52,423 nucleotides of DNA from a virus. Taxonomy: Duplodnaviria > Caudoviricetes. The position numbers and the translations under genes are program-made. The stretch lies in the IMG/VR virus record IMGVR_UViG_3300031957_002670, positions 1 to 52,423 of that record; one strand, given 5' to 3'. Under the pieces are notes generated by a model. That model was not told the origin of the DNA. It did not search any database and worked only from the letters and a program-made list of their open reading frames with translations. Shown in pieces: positions 8,438-16,860 of the stretch; position 1 is the first letter of the stretch; the number at the start of each line of letters is the position of its first letter.

Positions 8438-8883
8438 TTCTTCCAGTGATAGAGTTCATCTTCGGTAATAATCTTAAACTCAATCAAATTATCCTTACAA
8501 AAATCAACTGCAGCCTTCCATTTTGCCTGATTGACTGCATAAGTCTTTGCTTCTAAAATAAATCCTTTAGTTACTCTTTTCTTTTTGACAGGTGGTAGAG
8601 TTTGTTTCTTGGGTTTGATTTCAATTACATACTTTTTTAGTTTACCACTCTTTTCTTTCACTTCAATCAGAAAGTCTGGATAGTATCTATGTGGTCTTCC
8701 ATCAACTGGTGAAATGTACCTTATTGCTAGTTCTTCACTCGCCCATTTTACTATACTGGGATTGGTGTCACAATATCGACAAAACTGTCGTTCCCAAGAA
8801 CTTCTACAAATGATATTATTTGAATTTCCAAGGTATTTTTCAGGATGTGATGGTTTATAAATTGACTTTATACTTTGACCCAT
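8434..8883 (-). CDS. gp4: Head completion nuclease gp4
   Basis: RSSWERQF, WASEE, YYPDF, EIKP, NQAKWKAA, FKIITE. Confidence 0.92.
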   Translation of the reverse strand: MGQSIKSIYKPSHPEKYLGNSNNIICRSSWERQFCRYCDTNPSIVKWASEELAIRYISPVDGRPHRYYPDFLIEVKEKSGKLKKYVIEIKPKKQTLPPVKKKRVTKGFILEAKTYAVNQAKWKAAVDFCKDNLIEFKIITEDELYHWKK

Positions 8884-8919
8884 CTAATATACATAGTATT
8901 ATAATGTAGAAATATTTAG

Positions 8920-9567
8920 ATGCCTGGACCATCTCCAAATTCAATTAAAACCTCGGCACTAAAGAGTAAAATTCTTCATGTTGCCCAGACATCGGTATAT
9001 CAAGTCAAAGTTCAACCTCCATCAAGAGTGATGAACTTTCTTAATAGTGGAACAAGAAATTTCAATTACTCTGCAGATGGTGAAAACGTTGAGTTGATGT
9101 GTTCTGCTGCATCTCTTCCTGGTGCAAACCTTTTTACTCATGAAGCAACAAATGACTTTGCTGGTATGTCAGAAAAAATGGCATATCGAAAGGATTTTGG
9201 AAACACTCTCGATTTGACCTTTATGGTGAATAATCGATATGATGTGATTGAACTATTTGATGGTTGGGTTGACTTTATTGCAGGTCAAAGTTCCGATAAC
9301 AGAGGATATTTTAATAGTGCAGTAAGTTATCGGATGAATTATCCCCAAACTTATAGAAGTAATGTATATTTGACTAAATTTGAGAAGAATGCCACAGCAG
9401 AAAGGAGAAGAAGTATATCTGACAGTTATCAGTTGCAATATACCTTTATAGATGCATTCCCAATTAGTATTGCACCAACTCAAGTGAGTTATGAAGCAAG
9501 TAATGTTTTGAAATACAACATCTCATTGTCCTATACTAGGTACATTAGAGAGCGTAAATATGCATAA
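8920..9567 (+). CDS. Tail-tube-fold protein (gp54/gp19-like tube initiator)
   Basis: LMCSAASLPG, LDLTF, FDGW, YTFIDAFPISI, ISLSY pattern of tube-fold proteins. Confidence 0.65.
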   Translation: MPGPSPNSIKTSALKSKILHVAQTSVYQVKVQPPSRVMNFLNSGTRNFNYSADGENVELMCSAASLPGANLFTHEATNDFAGMSEKMAYRKDFGNTLDLTFMVNNRYDVIELFDGWVDFIAGQSSDNRGYFNSAVSYRMNYPQTYRSNVYLTKFEKNATAERRRSISDSYQLQYTFIDAFPISIAPTQVSYEASNVLKYNISLSYTRYIRERKYA

Positions 9568-9573
9568 TAAATA
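9566..9573 (+). promoter_or_regulatory. T4-type late promoter
   Basis: AATAAATA about 25 nt before the gp26 ATG. Confidence 0.65.
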
Positions 9574-9598
9574 GTTTTACTTATATTATAAGTTTATC

Positions 9599-10318
9599 AT
9601 GCCTTTACCAAAGATTGTAACTCCTGAGTATGATTTGGTATTACCGTCAACCCAGAAGAAGATTACTTATAGACCTTTTCTAGTCAAAGAAGAAAAACTC
9701 TTGGTTCTTGCTCTCGAAAGTGAGAATACAAAACAGATTACGACCGCAATCAAATCTGTTCTGAAGAGTTGTATTCTTACTAGAGGTATTAAGGTAGAGA
9801 AACTTCCGACTTTTGATATTGAATATTTGTTCTTGAATATCAGAGCTCGGTCAGTTGGTGAAGAAGTTGAGGTAAACATTGTTGCTCCTGATGATGGAGT
9901 GACAAACGTAACAGTTACTATTGACCTTGAAGAAATTCAGGTTCAAACTAACGAAAACCATACTAATAAGATTAAACTTGATGATACCTTGGTGATGGAG
10001 ATGAAGTATCCTTCACTGGAACAATTCATTTCAAATAACTTTGACTTTGAAGACAACACTGATATCAATCAATCATTTGAATTGATTGCATCATGTATTG
10101 ATAAGATTTATAGTGAGGAAGAGGTCTGGGCAACTGAGGACTGTACAAAAAAAGAAGTTATTGACTTCTTGGAACAAATGAATTCAACTCAGTTTAAAGA
10201 CATTGAAGTTTTCTTTGATACTATGCCAAAACTATCTCATACAATTGAGATTACAAATCCAAACACTAAAGTAAAAAGTACTATCGTTTTGGAGGGTTTA
10301 TCCAGTTTTTTCGCATAG
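9599..10318 (+). CDS. gp26: Baseplate hub assembly protein gp26
   Basis: MPLPKI, YRPFLVKEEKLL, FDIEYLFLNIRARSVGE, FFDTMPKL, LEGLSSFF. Confidence 0.9.
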   Translation: MPLPKIVTPEYDLVLPSTQKKITYRPFLVKEEKLLVLALESENTKQITTAIKSVLKSCILTRGIKVEKLPTFDIEYLFLNIRARSVGEEVEVNIVAPDDGVTNVTVTIDLEEIQVQTNENHTNKIKLDDTLVMEMKYPSLEQFISNNFDFEDNTDINQSFELIASCIDKIYSEEEVWATEDCTKKEVIDFLEQMNSTQFKDIEVFFDTMPKLSHTIEITNPNTKVKSTIVLEGLSSFFA

Positions 10319-10320
10319 GC

Positions 10321-10500
10321 ATGATCCATATGGATCTAGAGAGTTATTTTAAATTAAACTTTGCGATGATGCAATACCACAAATACTCTCTCACTGAAAT
10401 TGAAAATATGATGCCCTTTGAAAGAGACATTTACGTTGCTCTCTTACAACAACATTTAGAGGAAGAAGAACAAAAACAAAAGGCAAGACAGAATGGCTAG
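10321..10500 (+). CDS. gp51: Short gp51-like baseplate hub assembly catalyst (59 aa), possibly made as a -1 frameshift fusion to gp26
   Basis: Read by hand: MIHMDLESYFKLNFAMMQYHKYSLTEIENMMPFERDIYVALL; no clear SD. Confidence 0.8.
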   Translation: MIHMDLESYFKLNFAMMQYHKYSLTEIENMMPFERDIYVALLQQHLEEEEQKQKARQNG

Positions 10501-13426
10501 AGATCCCAAAGTAACAAGAAAGGCTTATGAATATAAGTTAGGGAAGGATCTTGCCTCAAAATTGGATGATAAACAGATACATTTACTGTCAGAATACTAT
10601 AATTCTCTGAGTGATAAAGAGACGAGTGATATCGATAGTCAGATTGTTCAGGGAAGAAATAATACTGAACTACATGAAATGGCCATAGGTATGGTCGAAG
10701 AAAATGAAAGTAAAAAGACTCCACCAAAACCAAAAGCGAAACCAAAACCAAAGGCAACACCAAAGGCAAAGGCAAAACCAAAAAAGGTTTATGATGAGGA
10801 TAGATCAGTTGCATATAAGTTACCAGATCATATTCTCAAAGACCTTGACGAAGATCAGATAAAGGACTTATCTGCCGTATATAATATGATGTCGGCCGAT
10901 AAGAAAAAAGAATTTGCAAAGGGTAAGGGCGATTTGATGGATCTTGCCCGTCAGATGTCAGATCCATTACAAGAAAAATATAATACTGGAGGGTTAGATT
11001 CCTGGACTGGCAAACCCAAAGAAAATAGTAACGCAAAGCAGGGCCCAATGCCAATGCCCTCTGCTAAGAAAAAACCAGACAAGAAGGCTGTAACTGCCAT
11101 TGTCAAGAAGTTTAGTACAGAGAAGAAAGAAGATACTAAACAACCTGCTAATGAGACTATTGATCCAAAAGTATTAAGATTGTTGGGTTTAGAGGATACA
11201 TTTGACCTTGATTACGATACTTATAAGACTCTTCTTCGTGAGAAGATGGCTGCAGGCAGAATGTCTAAAAGTCAGATTCCAACTGAAGAGACTGAACTTC
11301 TCACTAATGAATTTAAGAGAGTAAAGAGTAAGACTGGTAGATTTAAACCAACTAAAAAGAAAGTTGTCAATATCTCCAAGGTAGTTCAAAGTGGTAGAAA
11401 ATATAACAAGTCTGCAGTTAACACTCAAAAACTTCTAAGTGGTTCTAAAGAAAGTGAATCAAATAAAATAGAGACGAAAGGTAAAGCAGTTACTGACTCT
11501 TTTGAAAATATCAATCAAACTCTGGTTGGTATTGATAGTCTTCTTGCTGATATACTAGGTGAAGAAAAGAAAGAGTCTGAACAAGAAGCAAAGACTGCAA
11601 GAAAGGCTGATCAAAAGGCAGAAGAAGAGAAGTCTGAAAAGAGTGCAAAGAAAGAGGCAACTAAGGCTCTAAAAGGATTCAAACCTCCAAAGATGGGTTT
11701 CCTTGATATGATCAAGAGATTCTTTGGAAATATCTTGGCTGGTGGTTTTGTATTAAAAATGCTTGACTGGATCCAAAACCCAGAAAATCAAAAGAAAATA
11801 CAGAATGTAGTTACATTTATTACGGACAATCTAGATAAAATTCTTATTGGTATTGCCGCAATAGTTGGAATTGGTATTGGTGGACAGATACTTGGTTTCT
11901 TAACATTGTTTACTCCTTTGGTAACTGGATTGTTTGGTGTACTTTCTGCAATGGCACCTATACTTGCACCTATTGTTGCTGCATTATTGCTTTGGAAGGG
12001 AGGTCAAGAAGGAGGAAAGGCACTTCAGGATCTCATTAACAGACAGAGAGGTGGTGGTCAAAAGGAAACAGAAGATGGAGTAAGGTATAGTGACAAATCA
12101 GTAGAAAGTCTTCGTCAAAATTTGAGTCTGTTATTACAACAAACAGATAAAAGAACAAATATTTTTGGACTTCCTGATTGGGCAAAACCATATAGTGAAG
12201 GTGAGAAAAGAGAATTTTTAGAAGACCAACTTGAAAAACTTAAGGAATTACAAAAGAGAATAAGAATTACCAAGTCTGTTAATGATGATTTGTATAGAAT
12301 CCAATTAAATTTGAAAAAAGGGAATGCAGAACTTGAACGATTAAGATCTTCCGGTGCTTCTGCAGACAAAATTGAAAGACAGGAAAAATTTGTCAAGGAC
12401 TTGGAAAAACAAGAAAAAACTTTTTCTATCAATAAAGAACAAAGTGTTAAAATAGAACAGAAACTAATTGGTGATATTGATTTTAATGAGTTACTTAAAG
12501 ATCCTAGAATCGCAAAGTTTATCCCAGATGAGATAAAAGACACTCTTAATAAAAGTGCCGATAATGTAAAAGTAACTCCAACATCCACACCACAGACACC
12601 AATGATGCCTTCTTCTGATGGTAGTGTGAAAAAAATTATTTTTGGTGCAGGTCATGCTGAGGATCCTAATCGACCGGGTAGTATGTTGGGTACAGATGGT
12701 AGACCTGTCCAAGGTACTGCAGATGACGGTTCTTCAGGTCTTAATACTCCAGCTAATGCAACTGGTGTGACAGAATCACAACTTTCGAGATTTGTTGTAG
12801 ACAACCTGAAAAAAGAAGTGGAGGCAAGGGGACTAACTGATAAGATTGGTTTCAGAGACATTTATAGTTGGGATGGGTTGAGAAAAGTACCCCAAGAAGT
12901 TGAGAGTACTGAAGGACATCAATATGTTGATATTCACGCTGATGCAAGAGGATTTGGTAAGGCAGGTGTTTTGCCATCGGCAAATGAATCCGCTACTGAT
13001 CGTTCTTTGATGAAAGAGTTTGGTAGGTATAGTGAAAGTTTTAAACCTTCCTCAAAAGGTGTTACTGCTGGTGGTGGCACTCTTCTTGAGATTGGTGCAA
13101 TCGATGACCCAAAACTTCGTAGTCTCTTGCTGGAAGCGAAGAGTGGTAATGCGGGACCGGCAACTCAAGAGATGATAAACAAAATTTTGAGGGGAGTTCT
13201 TCCCAGTGTTGGGCCAAAAATTGAACCAGTACAAAAACAAGAACCACCAAGACCACCTGGTAATCAGGCTTCTGCGACATTGCCGGTAGGTGGTGAAGGT
13301 GCTGGTGGTGATGAAATTGCAAGTGCAAGTGGTGGTCGAGCTGCCGCAGCATCATTCTCATCAACAGATAGGAATAACTCATCTCCACAATTGACCAGTT
13401 CAATTTTTAACCTTATGGCGGTATAG
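10493..13426 (+). CDS. Tape-measure-like virion protein with hydrophobic helices and a C-terminal Amidase_3-like Zn amidase domain
   Basis: Charged helical body, hydrophobic stretch ILIGIAAIVG...AALLLW; IIFGAGH / GVTE / VDIHAD / TLLEIG give the H-E-H-E amidase residues. Confidence 0.65.
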   Translation: MARDPKVTRKAYEYKLGKDLASKLDDKQIHLLSEYYNSLSDKETSDIDSQIVQGRNNTELHEMAIGMVEENESKKTPPKPKAKPKPKATPKAKAKPKKVYDEDRSVAYKLPDHILKDLDEDQIKDLSAVYNMMSADKKKEFAKGKGDLMDLARQMSDPLQEKYNTGGLDSWTGKPKENSNAKQGPMPMPSAKKKPDKKAVTAIVKKFSTEKKEDTKQPANETIDPKVLRLLGLEDTFDLDYDTYKTLLREKMAAGRMSKSQIPTEETELLTNEFKRVKSKTGRFKPTKKKVVNISKVVQSGRKYNKSAVNTQKLLSGSKESESNKIETKGKAVTDSFENINQTLVGIDSLLADILGEEKKESEQEAKTARKADQKAEEEKSEKSAKKEATKALKGFKPPKMGFLDMIKRFFGNILAGGFVLKMLDWIQNPENQKKIQNVVTFITDNLDKILIGIAAIVGIGIGGQILGFLTLFTPLVTGLFGVLSAMAPILAPIVAALLLWKGGQEGGKALQDLINRQRGGGQKETEDGVRYSDKSVESLRQNLSLLLQQTDKRTNIFGLPDWAKPYSEGEKREFLEDQLEKLKELQKRIRITKSVNDDLYRIQLNLKKGNAELERLRSSGASADKIERQEKFVKDLEKQEKTFSINKEQSVKIEQKLIGDIDFNELLKDPRIAKFIPDEIKDTLNKSADNVKVTPTSTPQTPMMPSSDGSVKKIIFGAGHAEDPNRPGSMLGTDGRPVQGTADDGSSGLNTPANATGVTESQLSRFVVDNLKKEVEARGLTDKIGFRDIYSWDGLRKVPQEVESTEGHQYVDIHADARGFGKAGVLPSANESATDRSLMKEFGRYSESFKPSSKGVTAGGGTLLEIGAIDDPKLRSLLLEAKSGNAGPATQEMINKILRGVLPSVGPKIEPVQKQEPPRPPGNQASATLPVGGEGAGGDEIASASGGRAAAASFSSTDRNNSSPQLTSSIFNLMAV

Positions 13427-13430
13427 GATA

Positions 13431-15545
13431 ATGGCATTACCACTATTACTCGGTGCAGCAAAAGGTCTAATTGGTTCTGGTAAAAAGAAACCAAAGTCCG
13501 GTAAAGAAGTTGCAGGAAAAATTGTTCAACGTAAAGAAAAACAAGATGCCGAAAAACCTTCGGCCCAGAAGAAACTTGCACCTGCACAAGTATCAAGTAC
13601 CAAGTTTTTTAAAGGTGGTTCATCGACTCCCAAGATAAAGACCCTAAAACCAAATACGGGTAATAGTCAATTAGATAATGTACTTGAATCAATTCAATCA
13701 TCGATATCTAAATTAACACGTACTATTAAGAATTTTATAAAGTTTAAGAGAAAAGATAATCAAGCAAAGACTCAAAGAAAAAACAAAATGTTAGCCCGTC
13801 TGAGAGAAGTTGGGTTTGGAATGATAGGCGGTGTTTTATCTTTAGGTAAAAAGTTACTCAGTAAAATTCCATTTTTTGATAGGATTAAAAACTTCTTTGT
13901 GAACATCCTACTTGGTGGTATCATACTAATGATACTTGATAATATCAAACCAATTATCGAAACTATAAAGTATGTTGTAGAAGAAGTTAAGAAGTTATTT
14001 GAATTACTCAACAAATATCTTTTCCAACCATTATTGGAAGCGGGTAAGTTTCTTATTGATACTGTACTGCCTATTATAAATGACATACTTAAATCTCCAC
14101 CGGTTGATTTTGTAAAAACACAAATTGAAAATCTAATTAAAACACTTCAGGACAATTTTCCTGGTCTTGAAAATATTAGTAATACCGTTCAAAATGCACT
14201 CAATCAGATTCAAGGTGTAGTCACTGGTGGTTCTAACAATGTATCGACAAACACTGATAGTTCTCAATATGATACATCTTCTGGTGGATTACTTGCATCT
14301 GGTGGTATAGAACGAGGCGCAAAGGCAAAAGAACAAGTATCTCAGGCTGGATTTGGTGAATCTGAATTTACTTTGTATAGGGATACTGTTGCACAGATTG
14401 AATCTGGTGGAAAATATGATATTCAGGGTGGTTCTAAGGATGAGTTTGGTGTTGGTATGTATGCCGGTAGATATCAAATGGGTGCAACTGCAAGAGAGGA
14501 TGCTGCAAGATTGTTAGGTGAAACATATCAAGGAGATAGTGAAGCAGCAAGAAAGACATTTAGAGAAGATAAACAAATGCAGGAAAGATACTTTGCTGCA
14601 TATACTCGTGCCAATCATCAGTATTTGATGAATCGTAGTCCCGAATATAAAGAACTACCTAAGGAGGAAAAACTTCAAGTTCTTGGTTATGCACATAACC
14701 TTGGATGGAGATCAGCAGCTGAGTGGTTATCCCGTGGAAGAACTAATAGTGGTGCTGATGGTGCAGGAACAAAATCAGACACATTTGCAAATAATATTAG
14801 AAAGGCACAACAACAAAGAAGACAATCAGTACCAATACCACCTTCACTAAGATCTGGTTCAATACCATCTCAAGCAGATTTACCACCACTACCACCTACC
14901 GGAACTGGTGGTGCAAGTTTGGCTGCTGCACAACAATATGGTGCATCAAGAGATGATGGAAATAGAAGACATGCAGGTCAAGATTTTGATGCAGGACCAA
15001 ATGGAACATTCTACTCAAGAATAGGTGGTGAAGTAATCTATGCAGCAAATGCCGGTGGTGGTTATGGTAATGTTGTTGATGTTTATAACAAAGAACTTGG
15101 TGTTACTGAAAGAGTTGCCGAGGGTGATACTAATTTGGTAAAGGCTGGTGATATTATTGCAGCAGGAACACCTTTACAAAAGGGGACTAGACAGACAGGT
15201 GTATTTCATTATGAAATAAGAAAGGGGAAAGCTACAAACTCTAGTAGTTTTGCAGGAACAGTAGACCCAATTCAATATTTGAAAAGTTTGAGTAGTCGAG
15301 CTTCTTCTCAGCCACAAGTTAGTGCACCACAAATTACTGCACCTTCGGAAAGACAAACTGCAGAAGAAATTAGTAGACAGACAGATTATGAAAGAATGAG
15401 AACTATATTCATGCCCATTGCAGTACCTACTGAAGGAGGTGGTAATACTAGTTCTGGTGGTGGACCTCCTGCTATTATTGGTGGTGGGTCTTCAAGAGAT
15501 ACATACTTACAGATTATGATGGAAAACAAACTGTATAAAGGATAA
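13431..15545 (+). CDS. Tape-measure-like virion protein with lysozyme-like and M23 peptidase domains
   Basis: AQIESGG...AGRYQMG...AHNLG (lysozyme fold); HAGQDF, GGYGNVV, VKAGD, FHYEIR, VDP (M23). Confidence 0.7.
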   Translation: MALPLLLGAAKGLIGSGKKKPKSGKEVAGKIVQRKEKQDAEKPSAQKKLAPAQVSSTKFFKGGSSTPKIKTLKPNTGNSQLDNVLESIQSSISKLTRTIKNFIKFKRKDNQAKTQRKNKMLARLREVGFGMIGGVLSLGKKLLSKIPFFDRIKNFFVNILLGGIILMILDNIKPIIETIKYVVEEVKKLFELLNKYLFQPLLEAGKFLIDTVLPIINDILKSPPVDFVKTQIENLIKTLQDNFPGLENISNTVQNALNQIQGVVTGGSNNVSTNTDSSQYDTSSGGLLASGGIERGAKAKEQVSQAGFGESEFTLYRDTVAQIESGGKYDIQGGSKDEFGVGMYAGRYQMGATAREDAARLLGETYQGDSEAARKTFREDKQMQERYFAAYTRANHQYLMNRSPEYKELPKEEKLQVLGYAHNLGWRSAAEWLSRGRTNSGADGAGTKSDTFANNIRKAQQQRRQSVPIPPSLRSGSIPSQADLPPLPPTGTGGASLAAAQQYGASRDDGNRRHAGQDFDAGPNGTFYSRIGGEVIYAANAGGGYGNVVDVYNKELGVTERVAEGDTNLVKAGDIIAAGTPLQKGTRQTGVFHYEIRKGKATNSSSFAGTVDPIQYLKSLSSRASSQPQVSAPQITAPSERQTAEEISRQTDYERMRTIFMPIAVPTEGGGNTSSGGGPPAIIGGGSSRDTYLQIMMENKLYKG

Positions 15546-15546
15546 T

Positions 15547-16860
15547 ATGGTATTAAATAACCCCCAAACAGGTCCAGGTAATCTAAAGAAATTCACTATC
15601 ACTTCGAATAAAGGTGGTAGACAGATTGATTTGTCTAACGGTGTTGTAGAATATCGTTATTATGAAAATGTATTGTCAAATTATATTACATCCAGTGCAA
15701 TTGTTGTAGAGACAGGTGAACAACTTGAAGGTTCTGCACCAAGTACATTAGACTTTCTACCAATCAGGGGTGGTGAAAAGACAGATATTATTATTGAAGA
15801 TGTTATTGGAAATGAGATAAAGATTGACCGTGGTATGTATGTCAATCGAGTAAAAAATGGAATTCCCGATACAACTAAAGATGTCTATCAACTCGATTTT
15901 GTATCTCAAGAATATTTTTTGAACGAACAGACAAGAGTTACTAAAAGATATGAGGGTAATATTGGTACAAATGTTGGAGTAATTTTAGCAGATGTATTAG
16001 GAACAGAAGAACTAATTGATATTGATGATACTTCAAACACCTATAATTTTATGGGTAATACTAGAAGTCCCTTTTATACTTGTACTTGGTTGGCTTCTAA
16101 ATCAATACCAACATCTTCTGGACAAAATAGTGGACCTGGTGGGTTCTTATTCTTTCAGACAAGAGACGGTTTATGTTTTAAATCAATTGACGGTCTTTTT
16201 TCAAAAGAACCAATAAAGAAATTTTTATATAATGATACTGGAAAATTAGTTGCTGGTTATGATGCAAGTATATTATCATATAATATTGAGAGTGATATTG
16301 ATATGACTCGAAATATAAGTATTGGTGCTTATAGTAATAATACGGTTTATTTTGATTTTGTTGGAATGATTCATAAAAAGATAGATTATAATATTGATAC
16401 TGCAAAAGATAGTGTAAAAACTGCTGGTAGAGATTATATCAATGTAAATGAAAAATTTATTAAAAGTCCGACTAGGTATTTTACATACCTTAAAGATATT
16501 GGTGTCAATCCAAATGGGACAGGTAATGAACAATTAGATACCTGGAAGAATGATAACACAAAACAGAATTTTGATTCTGAACAAGCACTTGTCCAGACAA
16601 TAATGAGATACAATCAAATGTTTACGGTTCAAACACATATTATGATTGCTGGTGATTTTTCAATTAAGGCAGGTGATATAATTGAATGTGATTTCCCTCA
16701 ACTAGAAACTAAATTAAATAAAGAAACTAACCAACAAAGTGGAGGTAAATATATGGTAGCAAGTGTATGTCATAGAGTGACTCCAAGAGAAACATATACG
16801 AGTTTGGGTTTGGTAAGAGACTCTTTCGGTAAAACTACAGGTTTTGGTGGTGCAATCTGA
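15547..16860 (+). CDS. Baseplate hub protein (gp27/gpD-like)
   Basis: Immediately before gp5; FLFFQTRDG, GDFSIKAGDII, GKYMVASVCH, GLVRDS. Confidence 0.55.
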   Translation: MVLNNPQTGPGNLKKFTITSNKGGRQIDLSNGVVEYRYYENVLSNYITSSAIVVETGEQLEGSAPSTLDFLPIRGGEKTDIIIEDVIGNEIKIDRGMYVNRVKNGIPDTTKDVYQLDFVSQEYFLNEQTRVTKRYEGNIGTNVGVILADVLGTEELIDIDDTSNTYNFMGNTRSPFYTCTWLASKSIPTSSGQNSGPGGFLFFQTRDGLCFKSIDGLFSKEPIKKFLYNDTGKLVAGYDASILSYNIESDIDMTRNISIGAYSNNTVYFDFVGMIHKKIDYNIDTAKDSVKTAGRDYINVNEKFIKSPTRYFTYLKDIGVNPNGTGNEQLDTWKNDNTKQNFDSEQALVQTIMRYNQMFTVQTHIMIAGDFSIKAGDIIECDFPQLETKLNKETNQQSGGKYMVASVCHRVTPRETYTSLGLVRDSFGKTTGFGGAI

